A DNA stretch of 64,000 bases, from contig OX597825.1 in assembly GCA_951406725.2 (NCBI GenBank), positions 29,140,001 to 29,204,000 of the forward strand, read 5' to 3'. The position numbers and the translations under genes were made by a program. Shown piece by piece: positions 26,690 to 41,176 of the stretch. Position 1 is the stretch's first letter, and each line of letters starts with the position of its first letter. The notes below the pieces were generated by a model that did not search any database, had not been told where the DNA came from, and saw nothing but the letters and a program-made list of their open reading frames with translations. This stretch comes from Octopus vulgaris. Lineage: Eukaryota.

Positions 26690-26880
26690 TCATCATCATC
26701 ATTATAATCATTGTCATCATGTGAAGTCCATGTCCCATGTTGACATGGGTTGGAAGCTTTAACAGGCTCTGATGGAGCAGAAACTGAATCATGACCCTCT
26801 GTCTGGCATGGTTTCAACAGTTGTATGCCTTTCCTAATTCCAACCACTTCACAGAATACTGTGATACTTTTTGCACGCCA
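26690..26880 (-). mobile_element. old family B copy
   Basis: CCATGTTGACATGGGTTGG...ATGCCTTTCCTAATTCCAACCACTT. Confidence 0.65.
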
Positions 26881-27416
26881 CTCACACTGAATGAAGTCAT
26901 CATGAGGTTCGCAAGAGGGCAAAATTTGGAGTGGTGTAAGGTGGTTTTTGTGCAACAAGATGAGGGGGTTCAGGTATTAAAGAAGGGAGGTAGGGAGGTG
27001 CCCACAAATCTTTATTGTAAGGAAGAGCTACATGATTTCCCACATTTAGGAGAGGGGATGAGAATGATCAGGTGGAGCTGATATAAAGCATGAGTTGAGT
27101 AGAAGTAAGTTGGATAGAGGAAGTAGAGGCATGGGTAGGATGGGTTTGCAAAAGTCTAAATGGAAGGATGTGATGGGAGACGGGGTGGGGCAGTAAAAAC
27201 TGCAAAAACTGGCTAGGATTGAAGGATGGATATTGGGAATGAAGGATGACTAGTTGCGTATATATTAAGGAAAATAGAGGGATGTATACACACACATACA
27301 CACACACACACATACACACACGCACACACACATATATATGTATGAATAAATAAATAAATGTTGGTATTTGCAAACTGGAGGAGAAAAAATATACACGACT
27401 TTGTGTATGTACATGC

Positions 27417-27469
<53 letters not shown>

Positions 27470-27744
27470 TGTATGTACACAGAGAGAGAGAAGCAGAAGA
27501 ACATATGTACATTATACAATATATATGCATGTGTGGTTGAATGTATACGTATGTGTGTTCTTGTCTGTCTCTGTATAAAGAGAGAAAAGAGAGAAATTAG
27601 TAGATGCACAAATAGTCTTCTAGAGAGATATAAACATTGATAGTTATATATATATTCGCATTTATTCCACATTTTAACATTTCTCCATTATTTTCAAAGT
27701 ATGCCTACTATCAACATTACCCATCTATCTATATAGTAATCTAT

Positions 27745-27773
27745 GAATACATATATACATGGATATATATGTG

Positions 27774-27815
<42 letters not shown>

Positions 27816-27884
27816 TATGTATTTATATACATATATATATATATATGTATTTATATACATATATATATATATGAATTTATACAC

Positions 27885-27915
<31 letters not shown>

Positions 27916-28375
27916 TATGGTCTTTTTTTTCTGCAAAAATATCTGGAATGCAGATGGAACATACAAGCTTCATTCTATTGTGGCATATAGATTTATATTG
28001 TAAAGTTATAACAGAAAATTCCTGCAACAATATGTGAAGACAGACCATTGATTGTTCCACATGAAATATTTCAGATTCCACACTTGGTTAATGTCAATAC
28101 GAAGATTTTCCAATCATTCTGTAATCTCACACTCTCTTTTGCCATTGTAATGCTTAATCGATACCCAGAGACTCTTTATGCATTAAGTACATATTAACAC
28201 GTTTCTTACATACACATGTATGTATGTATGTATGTATGTATGTATGTATGTATGTATGTATGTATGTATCTATATGTATAGATATATATGTATATCTGTG
28301 TGTGCGTATGCATACATACATGCACACACACACACACACACATATATATCATCATCATTGTTATATATATACAGA

Positions 28376-28417
<42 letters not shown>

Positions 28418-28600
28418 TATATGTATATATATATATATATTTATATATATGTATGTATGCATGTATGTATATATATATATACATACATATACATATATAT
28501 ATATATACTATATGCGTATATATACATATACATAAAGTATATGCATGCAAATAAATATAGATATATATATGAATACATATTTATTATTATGAATGTGTGT

Positions 28601-28645
<45 letters not shown>
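27745..28645. repeat. (TA)n/(TATG)n microsatellite cluster
   Basis: direct reading. Confidence 0.85.
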
Positions 28646-28792
28646 AGTGCATAAAGATTTATTCAACGAGAGAAGACCCTTGACAGGACTTCTTACATGC
28701 TAAAAAGGGCAGTTAAACCCAAACCACTAAAAATATGGAATTCTAATGGCACACTGCTAATAGGCACTGGAGTGAATAAAAAATTAGTTAAA

Positions 28793-28858
28793 CCTATACT
28801 CGAGTTTCACTATTAATGACCAAATAAATTCATTTAGTATCTGTAGATCATCAGCAGG
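28793..28858 (-). ncRNA. type-I hammerhead ribozyme with extended stem II
   Basis: minus: CCTG-CTGATGA-T-CTA...ACTAAAT(GAATTT)ATTTGGT...TAG-T-GAAA-CTCGAG-TA-TAGG. Confidence 0.7.
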
Positions 28859-28989
28859 ATTACTAAATAAGGTATAATTATGTAGCTGTAATACATACCG
28901 AACACGCGAGCCAAACACATGCTCAAGGCAGCTCCATCTTTATACATAATGTATAACCTTTGTCATTATAACTGATAGATTGCAAGTAT

Positions 28990-29020
<31 letters not shown>

Positions 29021-29083
29021 CATGCACATGCAAATATACATACATATATCTATATTTTATTTAAATAATATTTTTTTGGTATT

Positions 29084-29363
29084 CAGTAATCACTCGACAT
29101 ATCACGGTTCACCTATTATGGTTTATTATTTAAGCTTATGATTCCTCCATGGTGTTGTTTTGCATTTATAATAAAATAAATGTACACAAATTATAATAAA
29201 AAAAAATACTAAAAAAATATATACAGTATGAATGGCGGTGCCCCAGCTCGTGAGCTGAAACTAGATAAAATAAAAAAATACAAAGTACTGTTTCTACTTC
29301 GAGGATTTTCATGTATCACGTGGGTTTTAGAATGTAATACCCGCAATAGTCGAGGGATTACTG
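29084..29363. mobile_element. pogo/Tigger-like MITE
   Basis: TIRs CAGTAATCACTCGAC and GTCGAGGGATTACTG followed by TA. Confidence 0.7.
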
Positions 29364-29459
29364 TATAATTTAGATTTAAAGAATATTTATGTGTGTGTTT
29401 GCATTTGAGAATGTTTGTGTATGTATGAATGTGCATATGCGTGTGTGTATGTTGTTTGT

Positions 29460-29960
29460 TCCTTCTCAAGCCATGCCTGGCTCATAAGGGCTGGTTTCCC
29501 GTTTTCCTATGCATATAAGTTCCCCACCTGGACAGGACGCCAGTCCGTCACGGGTGAGCTGCAAGATGTAGGAGGAAAGAGTGAGAGAAAGCTGTGGCAA
29601 AAGAATCAGCAGAAGTCTGCAATTACCATCGGCCAGAGCTGCATGGAACTTAGGTGTTTTGCTCATAAGCACACACATCGCCCGGTCTGAGATTCAAACC
29701 CATGATCCCTCGACCGCGAATCCGCTGCTCTAACCTATTTCTTTACTGCCCACAAGGGGCTAAATGCAGAGGTGACAAACAAGGACAGACAAACGGATTA
29801 AGTCGATTATATCGACCCCAGTGCGTAACTGGTACTTATTTAATCGACCCCGAAAGGATGAAAGGCAAAGTCGACCTCAGCGGAATTTGAACTCAGAATG
29901 CAGCGGCAGACGAAATACCACAAAGCATTTCGCCTGGAGTCCTAACGTTTCTGCCAGCTC
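29460..29960 (-). mobile_element. family E SINE (tail P, 29460-29733) abutting a family C SINE (29735-29960)
   Basis: matches 23725-24018 and 15600-15834. Confidence 0.85.
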
Positions 29961-30354
29961 GATCAAAAGACCTCAATCAGTAAAAAAGAACACCATGCCT
30001 ATGTAGCAAAGTTTAAAAACTTTAAATATTTTGTGCTGATGGTGTATGACATCATGTATATATTGCTTCGTTTATATGTGTGTCCGTCCATAGGTATCAT
30101 CACCCTTGATGTATTCACTTCACTGCAGGACAAATTCCTCAGTATATTCTCTCCCCCAATCACAGTCTGATGCTTTCCCCAACCATGTTTCAGTGCCAAA
30201 GAAGTTCCCATTGCAACTGCTGGATGGTCTTGTCCTTCTTTTCTCTGGATTTGGGGTCCATTCTGTCAACTTGCTATTCCATCTATTATCATTTCTTCAA
30301 AACACTTCCCGCGAATACCATTTCAGAGTTTACATGCATAGCTAAGCTATATTA

Positions 30355-30498
30355 CATGCATACATACATACATACATACATACATACATACATACATACA
30401 TACATACACACATACACACACACATACATACATACATACATATATACATACATACACACATGCACACACACACATACATACATACATACATACATACA

Positions 30499-30530
<32 letters not shown>
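30355..30530. repeat. (CATA)n microsatellite
   Basis: direct reading. Confidence 0.95.
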
Positions 30531-30532
<2 letters not shown>

Positions 30533-30993
30533 CTTATCTATTTTGTTTGATCAATTGCTTTTATATTGATTTTTACTTGCATGATTGGTTTGGATGAAAA
30601 TGTTACTTGAGGCATTGTGTTACAGCTGGATATGTTTCCTAACAGTAACCTTTGCCTGTTTTCAAAATACACACACATACACACACACACACACACACAT
30701 GCACATGCACATACACACACTTACATGTATGCATGTATATGTATATAAATTTATATATATATATATATACTGAGAAAAAGTGAGAGAGAGTGAAAAAGTA
30801 GAGAGGAAAAACGTGAGAGAGTGAGAGAGGAGTTGATTATGGGTTCGTACCTGTGTAAACTACAATGAAGTTAAAAAGTACTCAATGCTGTTAAGTTGAG
30901 TGGAATAAATAAGCAGTTAGCATCGATGTGAGTCGCTATTTAAAGTTTCACATTCATATCAAAAAGGTAGTTGAACATCCATACATAAAAATA

Positions 30994-31062
<69 letters not shown>

Positions 31063-31064
<2 letters not shown>

Positions 31065-31290
31065 GTAAATCCCCCCAAAAATGAAGAACAAATACAACAA
31101 GAAAAAACAACAAGGCAAGGATGTGGTACATGCAATGTATTAGATTAGCAAATTTTCATGGAAGGATAGAAAGGTAGTTTTACATTTCAAGGAAGGCTCT
31201 TCATCAGAAACAGGAGATGGAGGAAAGTCCAAGAGAAAAGGAAGACGGAGGAAAAAAATCAATAATGATCCACATGTGGTTACATTTCGA
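31063..31290 (-). mobile_element. diverged family F element
   Basis: minus: GTTT-CTGATGA-AGAGC...GAAATGT; follows a (TA)n tract. Confidence 0.65.
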
Positions 31291-31589
31291 AAATATATAT
31301 ACATACATATACATTATCATCATCATTATCATCATCATCATCATTTAACATCTGTGTTCCATGCTAGCATGATGATGATGATGATGATGACATACATATA
31401 CATTATCATCATCATTATCATCATCATCATCATTTAACATCTGTGTTCCATGCTAGCATGGGTGGGACATTACCCCAAGAGCCGGCCAGTATTTGTATTT
31501 GTTTTTGTTCTGTGAAACATGTTGCAATAAAGTGTTACTCTGATGAACTGTTGTGGTTCAGCATCCAATTCCACCAGAAACACACACTG

Positions 31590-31738
31590 CTTCTTTCAGT
31601 TTCCATCTACCAAATCCACTCACAAGCATTTGGTTGGTCTGAGGCTATAGTAGAAAACGATTGCCCAAGGCGCCATGCAGTGGGACTGAACCTGAAAGCA
31701 AGTGATGGGAAGCAAGCTTCTTACTACATAGCCACACA
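31590..31738 (-). mobile_element. family A 5' half
   Basis: CTTCTTTCAGTTTCCATCTACCAAATCCACTCAC... Confidence 0.8.
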
Positions 31739-32070
31739 CATATATTATATATATATATATTTTGTCGACATCATAAAAACTTATATACTTTTGAGAGAGC
31801 ATGGAATAATTCCATTTTGGAACTGGATTCTGAAGCATATGCAAAGCTATAAATAATTGCATGAAAATATTTGGTTGAGAATTCCTTTTGAACAGGAAAA
31901 TTCAAAGGCTGTATGTGTGACATGAAACCACATCCCTGTAGACATGGCAATTCCTGAACCAGACATGATATGAATGAAACATAACTTGTTAAAACATATA
32001 GTATATAACATATCATTCATAATATATAGATATAAGTATATATATATATATGTGTATATATATATAAATA

Positions 32071-32127
<57 letters not shown>

Positions 32128-32788
32128 GTATATATACATAACATGTGCGTGAGTATGTGTGTCTGGTTGTGTGTTTCATATGTATATGTAATTGTGTGTT
32201 GATAACCTGGATTATTTGTTCATAACCAAAACTCTCATTTGGTTGGAGCTGGTCATCCATACTCAATAGCAAGGCTGGTGTACATGCCTGTATGTGTGTG
32301 TATGTACATGTGTATACATATACAAACTCACATACACACATACACTCATACACGGACATCTATATACATGCACAAAGATTCGAAAATCAATGATCAATTC
32401 TAACACAATAACTAGGCAAAATAATGAAGATTCACAGATCCAGTCAGTCAATAATACATATTGAAGTTATATATCATTTTATAAACATCCATTAATGTAT
32501 GCAAATTGCACATCACTGCATGCTTCATGTTATTTTCTTGATAACATGAATTTTTCAGAACCAGGGTAGAATATTGGTGAAACAATTTCTGATTTGCATG
32601 AAATCCTTCGTTATGATTGCATATTTAATTTTCTTTTCATGAAGTAATTTCGTTTAACCACAAGATGTTCTTAGACTAAACTAGCTGAGCATGAAGTTTG
32701 GTAAAAGCTCATGTTGATTTTCAGACAAAAATTAAGGCAATATATATATCATCATCATCATCATCACCACCACCGCCGCCACCATTAC

Positions 32789-32811
<23 letters not shown>

Positions 32812-32833
<22 letters not shown>

Positions 32834-32956
32834 TTAATGTCTGTTGTCCATGCTGGCATGGGTTGGACGGTTTGATCAGGGCTGGTAAGTTGGAAGGCTG
32901 TATCAGACTCCAGTCTGAATTGACATGGTTTTCTACAGCTGGATGCTCTTCCTAAT
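32812..32956 (-). mobile_element. family B 3' end with expanded (CAT)n tail
   Basis: CCATGCTGGCATGGGTTGGACGGTTTG...CTACAGCTGGATGC. Confidence 0.8.
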
Positions 32957-32957
32957 A

Positions 32958-32999
<42 letters not shown>

Positions 33000-33002
33000 A
33001 CT

Positions 33003-33036
<34 letters not shown>

Positions 33037-33048
33037 CACACACTCACA

Positions 33049-33095
<47 letters not shown>

Positions 33096-33197
33096 TCACA
33101 CCTAGATATATATATATATGTATAGTCACATATGTATATATATATATATAATAAAGGTGGCTTATTCACAATTTACAACTGAAAGTCAGAACTACAG

Positions 33198-33408
33198 ATG
33201 TCACTATAGTAACTAAAGGTACTAGTAGGACCCAGCATTGCTAGAAATAAGAGTAATATATCATCATCATCATCACCACCACCACCACCACCACCACCAC
33301 CACCATCAGTCATCATCATAAGTGCTGTTCTTGTGGCTAAGACCTGTTTTGACTCTTATTTCTAGCAAAGCTAGTTCCTACTAGCACCCTGAGTCACCTT
33401 AGTGACAT
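33198..33408. mobile_element. fold-back/MITE-like element with about 55-bp arms
   Basis: ATGTCACTA...GCTAGAAATAAGAGT versus ACTCTTATTTCTAGC...TAGTGACAT. Confidence 0.7.
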
Positions 33409-33452
33409 ATATATACATACATACATACATATATACATACATATAAACATAC

Positions 33453-33500
<48 letters not shown>

Positions 33501-33554
33501 TATATATATATATTATATATATGTTATATTATATCATATATATGTAATATATAT

Positions 33555-33785
33555 ATTGGAACTTAACTTTGTGCATTTCATAAATTTTATTCAATCACCT
33601 TCAAAATACTCCCCTTGGGAGTTCATGCACTTCTTCCAGTGTGCCACTGTAGGTAATACCTCTGTCATACCTTCTCTGGAACGTATGGAGCTTTGCCCTC
33701 ACCTTTTTCAAAGTATTCTGCCCCTTGTGTAATTAGTTTTAGCGCACAAAAATTAAGTGAGATACTTTTTGAACTCATCTCATAT
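33555..33785 (-). mobile_element. internally deleted mariner
   Basis: 33591-33641 minus translates HWKKCMNSQGEYFEGD*; TIR-like TACTTTTTGAACTCATCTCATA at 33763-33784. Confidence 0.75.
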
Positions 33786-33969
33786 ACACTTCTGAAAGCT
33801 ACAATTTTTTTTTCATTCTCACTTTTTATTTTCTTCTATTCATTTCTGTTGAAGAGTGTAGAATTGAAATATTAAAGACTTTTTCATATTTCTTGAGCGT
33901 CAATCTAATGCACTTGCTTGTTGTTCATACACCTGTCTTCATCTTTTGTTCTGCTATAAATTTCAACTA

Positions 33970-34400
<431 letters not shown>

Positions 34401-34749
34401 AAGACATTCAAACAGTAAGGTTTGAAATAAGATGTCACTATTGTTGATATCATCTGTGGATAAAATTTTAAATTGATGGTATCAACAGTAGTAACATAGG
34501 TGGTTCACAGGTGAATAGCATTATTAATCTATAATATAAAAATTAGCATGAAGCATAAGGATGCAGAAAAGCAACAACCTGCTAGAAATAAGAGCTAAAG
34601 TCTTAATTAAACCACCATAAAGCACCAAAATAACAGCGAAATAACTGTAGGTAAGGACACGGAAAGAATTAATATATTCAAAAGCACAGCTATGAAAGAT
34701 TATGCTATTTAGGATATCTATCTATCTATCTATCTATCTATATCCATAT

Positions 34750-34915
34750 ATATCTGTAAAATAATATGTGACAATTATTCAATAGCCAAGATAAAACTCT
34801 GAGTTTCGGACGCCGTGGTGGAAATACACAACACCATCTCTTTTACAGATAAATTTCCTCTATTTACATAATATTGAGGTCTCTTTCTTTCTTTTGTTAT
34901 CTTACCGTTTTTACC
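34750..34915. mobile_element. Penelope-like fragment with internal inversion
   Basis: 34750-34805 matches 43840-43900; 34843-34900 is the reverse complement of 43792-43848. Confidence 0.55.
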
Positions 34916-34939
34916 AATATATCCATATATATATATATA

Positions 34940-35150
34940 TAGTTAATCCAAACATGAAAACACAAAGAGAAAACACAACAATGTGAGGACGTGGAACAAG
35001 TATAGTGTTATTGGACGCTCAGGAAAGGAAAGAAAGAAGGAGGATTTAACGTTTCGAGCAGAGCTCTTCAACAGAAACATAGAAAAAGGAAAGATGCAAG
35101 GAAGGGAAGATGGAAGAAAAAAAATCGCCTACGATGCACACACGGTCGCA
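34940..35150 (-). mobile_element. family F element (core CTGTTGA)
   Basis: matches 6213-6381; starts at (TA)n. Confidence 0.8.
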
Positions 35151-36164
35151 TACGCATGTACACACACACACATAACATTAACATATATTCCATAATCAAT
35201 AAAGTGGCTTTATAACAACTATTTGGCTCCAATTTCATATTGTTATCAGATAAGACTCATATCATCCATGGGATACAATGCTAGTCTATCCAGAGTATAT
35301 CCCACAATAAACAAATTACCATATTACCTATTCCAAACAGTTTGGGGGAAATTAAGCAAAGCATTCAACCCAAAATTATAATAAAATTCTTGCTGCAAAT
35401 TTATGCGCAAAATCTTTAAGCTATTAACTCTAATAGCAAATCTATTCAACCCCCATTATTCTGAAATGGTCTTGAGCATGTGTCTTTCATTTAAATTTCT
35501 AAACTTAAAGAATCAATATTCATTCACATTGAATCTCTTGGATTTTTTTTTTTTTTTTTTTCTGAATGTTTGTATAATTCTATACACTTTGGTGGGTGTT
35601 AGATTTGACATGAACAAAGACTATGCCACATGGATGAAGTAATATATTCCCAGCTCATGTGTGGAGAGCTTAACTTCACAATAAGCATTTTGTTGTATTT
35701 CTCGGAAGAGCACCTTACTCCTTACATAAACTCAATTATTATTGCTCTAGCTTTCAAAGGATGTTGAATTGCTCCCTATAATAGACTGATTTATATTCAT
35801 TGCAATTGAAAAAAATAAACAGGAGTCATCTCATATATGTTTAATGAAATACAAATCTGCAGTACAAAACATCCCTTTAAAAATCCTATGCTAACACTTG
35901 TTATTAAATGATCTTTCCTTAACACAGGCTCATATATATTATAGAATTACATAACAAGATTGTATCTAGTAGCAGCAGTAGCAGCAGCAGCAGTTTTCTA
36001 TAGCTGTTCTTATCAATATCTATAATGTAAAAGAAGGTTTGCTAATTCATTCTGGTCAGAGTCAGAGCAGAATGGTTCAGAATGATATGATAAAAAGTCA
36101 TGGGAGCTAGAAATGTTGGTATGTATTTGAGTATTATGATGTTAATGAAAAGAAAGGAAATGAC

Positions 36165-36221
36165 AGAAGGAGAGAGAGAGAGAGAGAGAGCTTGAGACAG
36201 CTATGGAGAGAGGGAATGATG

Positions 36222-36258
<37 letters not shown>

Positions 36259-37000
36259 TAATGGAGGGAGACGGAGAAAAGGATGGAGAGGGAGAGAGAC
36301 AGAGATTAATAGAGGGAGACAGAGAAAACGATGTTGAGAGACAAGGAAAGAGATGGAGAGAGAGAGAGAGAGATTAATTCAGAGAGAGAGAGAGATTAAT
36401 TCAGAGAAATTAATTCAGAGAGAGAGATTAATGGAGAGAGACAGAGAAAACTATGGAGAGATATAAAAATTGATGGAGAAAGAGACAGGGAGAGTAATGG
36501 AGAGAGACGAGGAAAGAGATAGAGAGAGGAAGTGGTGGAGAGAGAGAGAGAAGGAAAGAGAGATATTAATGGAGAGTGACAGAGAAAACAATGGAGAGAG
36601 AGAGAAAAAGCAATGGAAAGAGGGAGAGAGAGAGAGACAGATAGACAGATTAATGAAGAGAGACAGAGAAACAGAGAAAATGTTGCAGAGAGCTAAAGAG
36701 ATGGAGAGAGAAAGAGAGAGATTAAAGGAGAGAAACGGAGAAAATTATAGAGAGACACACAAAACATGTGATGGAGAGAGAGCCAGAGAAAATGACAAGA
36801 GAAAGAAGTGATAGAAAGAGCCTGAAACAGAGAGACAGAGGAAGATTAATGGAGAGATAGAGAAAGTGATGGAGAGAGAGAGAGAAAGTGATGGAGAGAG
36901 AGAGAGAAGATTAATGGAGAGATAGAGAAAGTGATGGAGAGAGAGAGAGAGAGAGAGACAAAGAAAGTGATGGAGAGATGTGGAGAGGGTGTTAAAGAGA
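36165..37000. repeat. GA-rich degenerate satellite (GAGAGATTAATGGAGAGAGACAGAGAAA-like units)
   Basis: direct reading. Confidence 0.85.
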
Positions 37001-37405
37001 GAATGGGAGGTGAGCTTGAAATGGTCGTGTTTTTGGTAAAAAAATACAACTGGTTGTGACTAACAGAGAAGAGCTGTAGACAATTGTCGAGGAAATGAAT
37101 TTGTGTAAAGAATACTGCTGCCGAGAAGAGATGACATGAAATAACCTGGGGTTTAATGCAACATCGCATTGCATTCACCGCAGAATGGAATGTAGTGAAA
37201 AGCAATAAACTGCCATTGCAATTGATATGCAATAATATGCATTACAATAAGTGCATTGCAGATATACAGCACACACACACACACACATACAGAGATACAC
37301 ACACACACACATACACACATGCAACCAATGTTATATTGGTCACATCATGTAAGATAAACCTAAAAATGAATGAAGGTGGTTACTTATATACACAGATTAG
37401 CAATC

Positions 37406-37731
<326 letters not shown>

Positions 37732-37905
37732 CACACACATGTGTGCAAACATATGCACACATATATACAGTCATGCAAGACGTACATATACATAAATTTA
37801 GGCGCATACACACATACACACCTGCAAATAGTCATGGATTTTTCTTTTTTTTTTTGTTTAAAATGTGAGAAATCCAATCAGTTTAATGTGAGAGAATACA
37901 TAAGC

Positions 37906-37940
<35 letters not shown>

Positions 37941-38031
37941 TACATGTCTATATGTCATCATGACCATGATCATGATATATATCAATATCTAAATTTATCT
38001 GTCTATCTATCTATCTATCTATCTATCTAGC

Positions 38032-38094
<63 letters not shown>

Positions 38095-38266
38095 GATATA
38101 CACATGAGTGTATATGTGTGTCTATGTTTGTGTGTGTTTTTGTGAGAGTGAGTATCCTGTTTTGGTCACATTCTTACTCTAGATAAATATACAAATGTTT
38201 TCTGGGCCATATACTAAACACTAACTGCCTCTTTCATTTATGAAGAGGAATATTTATATACATGCA

Positions 38267-38315
<49 letters not shown>

Positions 38316-38714
38316 ATATCACACCCACACACACAAACATTATTTCATATGTATCCTGAAAAACGGATGTTAAACGATAATGACTTTATATATAATGTGT
38401 GTATATATATGATATATATGATATATGTCATACACACTTATTTTCATGTGACTCTGTAATACGCTAGCCTTTACAATCAAAGCAAGAATACAAAATTGGT
38501 TTGAAAGATTGACAATCCCTAAATCATATGGATTGGAAATATATTATCTACAGAATATATCAAGAGCTAAAGATTGCTGAATTGATAGCATATAAGATGA
38601 CCAGCCAATGGTTCAGTTTTATTTATATCTAGTTACTGGCTCCGGACTGTGTCTGTGGCTCAGAATACTTATCATCAAAAGCATGCAGTCCATCTTATTG
38701 TCACTGGCAAAACT

Positions 38715-39385
38715 GGTGAAACTGACCTCTGTCCAAAGACATTCAAACCACTAGCATTTGGTTTTTTAGGTGAAACTGACCTGTGTCCAAAGGCATTCAA
38801 ACTTCTAGCATTTGTTTTGTTTTGTTTTGTTTTTTTGGTGAAACTGACCTCTGTCCAAAGACATTCACACCTCTAGCATTTGGTTTTTTAGGTGAAAATG
38901 ACCTCTGTCCAGAGACATTCAAACCTCTAGCATTTTGTCTTTTAGGTGAAAATGACCTCTGTCCAGAGACATTCAAACCTCTAGCATTTGGTCTTTTAGG
39001 TGAAACTGACCTCTGTCCAAAGACATTTATACCTCTAGCATTTGGTTTTTTAGGTGAAACTAACCTGTGTCCAAAGGTATTCGAACTTCTAGCATTTGTT
39101 TTGTTTTGTTTTGTTTTTTTGGTGAAACTGACCTCTGTCCAAAGACATTCACACCTCTAGCATTTGGTTTTTTAGGTGAAAATGACCTCTGTCCAAAGAC
39201 ATTCAAACCTCTAGCATTTGGTTTTTTGGTGACACTGACCTCTGCCCAAAGACATTCAAACCTGTAGTGTTTGGCTTTTGTGGTACTGACCTCTCTCCAA
39301 AGATATTCAAACTGGTAGCATTTCATTTTTTTGGTGAAACTGACCTCTGTCCAGAGACATTCAAACCTCTAGCATTTGGTTTTCT
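38715..39385. repeat. 54-bp minisatellite, about 12 copies, with higher-order structure
   Basis: unit GGTGAAACTGACCTCTGTCCAAAGACATTCAAACCTCTAGCATTTGGTTTTTTA; 68-bp variant at 38769 and 39053. Confidence 0.95.
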
Positions 39386-39465
39386 TCAGATAGTTTATTA
39401 CAGGTCACTTATTTTCTAAAGAGTTTGTCCAGTAATGCTTTTAATTATAACCACGAGTAGACATA

Positions 39466-39670
39466 TCTTTTATCTTTTACTTGTTTCAGTCATTAGACCG
39501 TGGCCAAGCTAGGGCACCACCTTCATGAACTTTTAGTTGAATGAATCAAGCCTAGTATATATTCTTTTTTTTAAACCTGGTTCCTATTCTATCATACCCT
39601 TTTCGCCAAAACGCTAATATATAGGGATGTAAACACACCAACACCAGTTGTCAAATGATGGGGACAAACA
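39466..39670 (-). mobile_element. family A 3' half
   Basis: TTTTACTTGTTTCAGTCATTAGAC... Confidence 0.75.
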
Positions 39671-39699
39671 CTGGCAAAATGAACACGACTGTCACTAGG

Positions 39700-39739
39700 T
39701 AAACCTGACGATTGTGTAATACATGGAAGTACTAGTTTA
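39700..39739 (+). ncRNA. minimal hammerhead with one core mutation (GGAA for GAAA)
   Basis: TAAAC-CTGACGA-T-TGT(GTAAT)ACA-T-GGAA-GTAC-TA-GTTTA. Confidence 0.55.
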
Positions 39740-39844
39740 TTTCAATATCGTAAAATTGCAAAAGTGTGAAATTGTAAAATTGTAAAAATTGCAAATAATA
39801 TAATGTGAAAATCAGACTAAGCTGGAATTTCATTGATTAATACG

Positions 39845-39904
<60 letters not shown>

Positions 39905-39957
39905 CACAATACACACATGTATATATTATATATATATATATATAAAAAAATATAAAC

Positions 39958-40078
39958 AACTGCTTGCTTAGCCAGCGGGGTGGCGTCATTCGAAGGCTAA
40001 AACAATGCAAACGCATTGTGACCAGCGATGTGTAACAACATCTGATTGTCTGGTCGGTCACATGATGGTCACATGATG
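39958..40078 (+). mobile_element. orphan SINE tail R
   Basis: reverse complement of 45271-45390. Confidence 0.75.
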
Positions 40079-40118
40079 ATATATACACACATACATACAT
40101 ATACACACACACACACAC

Positions 40119-40183
<65 letters not shown>

Positions 40184-40423
40184 CACACATACATATATAT
40201 ATATATACACACACACATATATATTTATATATATACATATATAAACACACATACACATATATATTAATATGCATGCACATGTATGTATATGTATACATAT
40301 GCATAAATATATATATAGAGATAGCTATATACATAAGTACATATATATCATTGAAAGACATTCCAGTCCCACCCAGGAAAGACTTTATATACATATACAT
40401 ATATGTGCGTGTGTATGTGTGTT

Positions 40424-40456
<33 letters not shown>

Positions 40457-40764
40457 GTATATATATATATATATGTATGTTATATCCTAAACACTGCAGG
40501 CCTTTAGCCATTATATCAGTTTGTGTTTGTAATATTATTCCTGTTTATGTTCATACTTCAGTTTTGCCTTGTTCCTTCATATTCTCTCTGACAATATTTC
40601 TCTCTGTTCTTCCTTCACATTCTTGGTCAAACCATGACCACCTCCACCCACCACACACACACAGGCACACACTCCACTCTTTATATAGAACTCCAATAAA
40701 CAATCATTCACTCATTCATTCATTTATTCATAGCTTACTTATTGATTTTATATCTACTTATTCA

Positions 40765-40960
40765 TTATATTATTATTATTATTATTAATATTATTATTAT
40801 TATTATTATTTTTTATTTTTTTTTATTTTATATTTTATTCTATGCATTCTTGTCTTTGTAGTAGAATTTACTGGCAACAATCTACAGCCATCACAACGGC
40901 TACTACTACTACAACTACTACTACCACCCCCACCACCACCAGACCACCACATCCCCCCCA

Positions 40961-41029
<69 letters not shown>

Positions 41030-41063
41030 CACCACTACCACCACCACCACCACAACCACCACC

Positions 41064-41124
<61 letters not shown>

Positions 41125-41170
41125 CTTCTGTTACTGCTGCTGCTGGTTAATGACAACAACAACAACAACA
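40765..41170. repeat. (TAT)n, (ACT)n, (ACC)n microsatellites
   Basis: direct reading. Confidence 0.95.
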
Positions 41171-41176
41171 GCAATA

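Noticed and set aside
31536-31582. Hammerhead-like CTGATGA...GAAAC
   Set aside because: No stem III, cleavage triplet or 3' stem I strand; interrupted by a SINE
36192-36811. ER-rich coiled-coil ORFs
   Set aside because: GA-rich satellite translation
38715-39385. CRISPR array or repeat protein
   Set aside because: No unique spacers; 68-bp variants shift the frame
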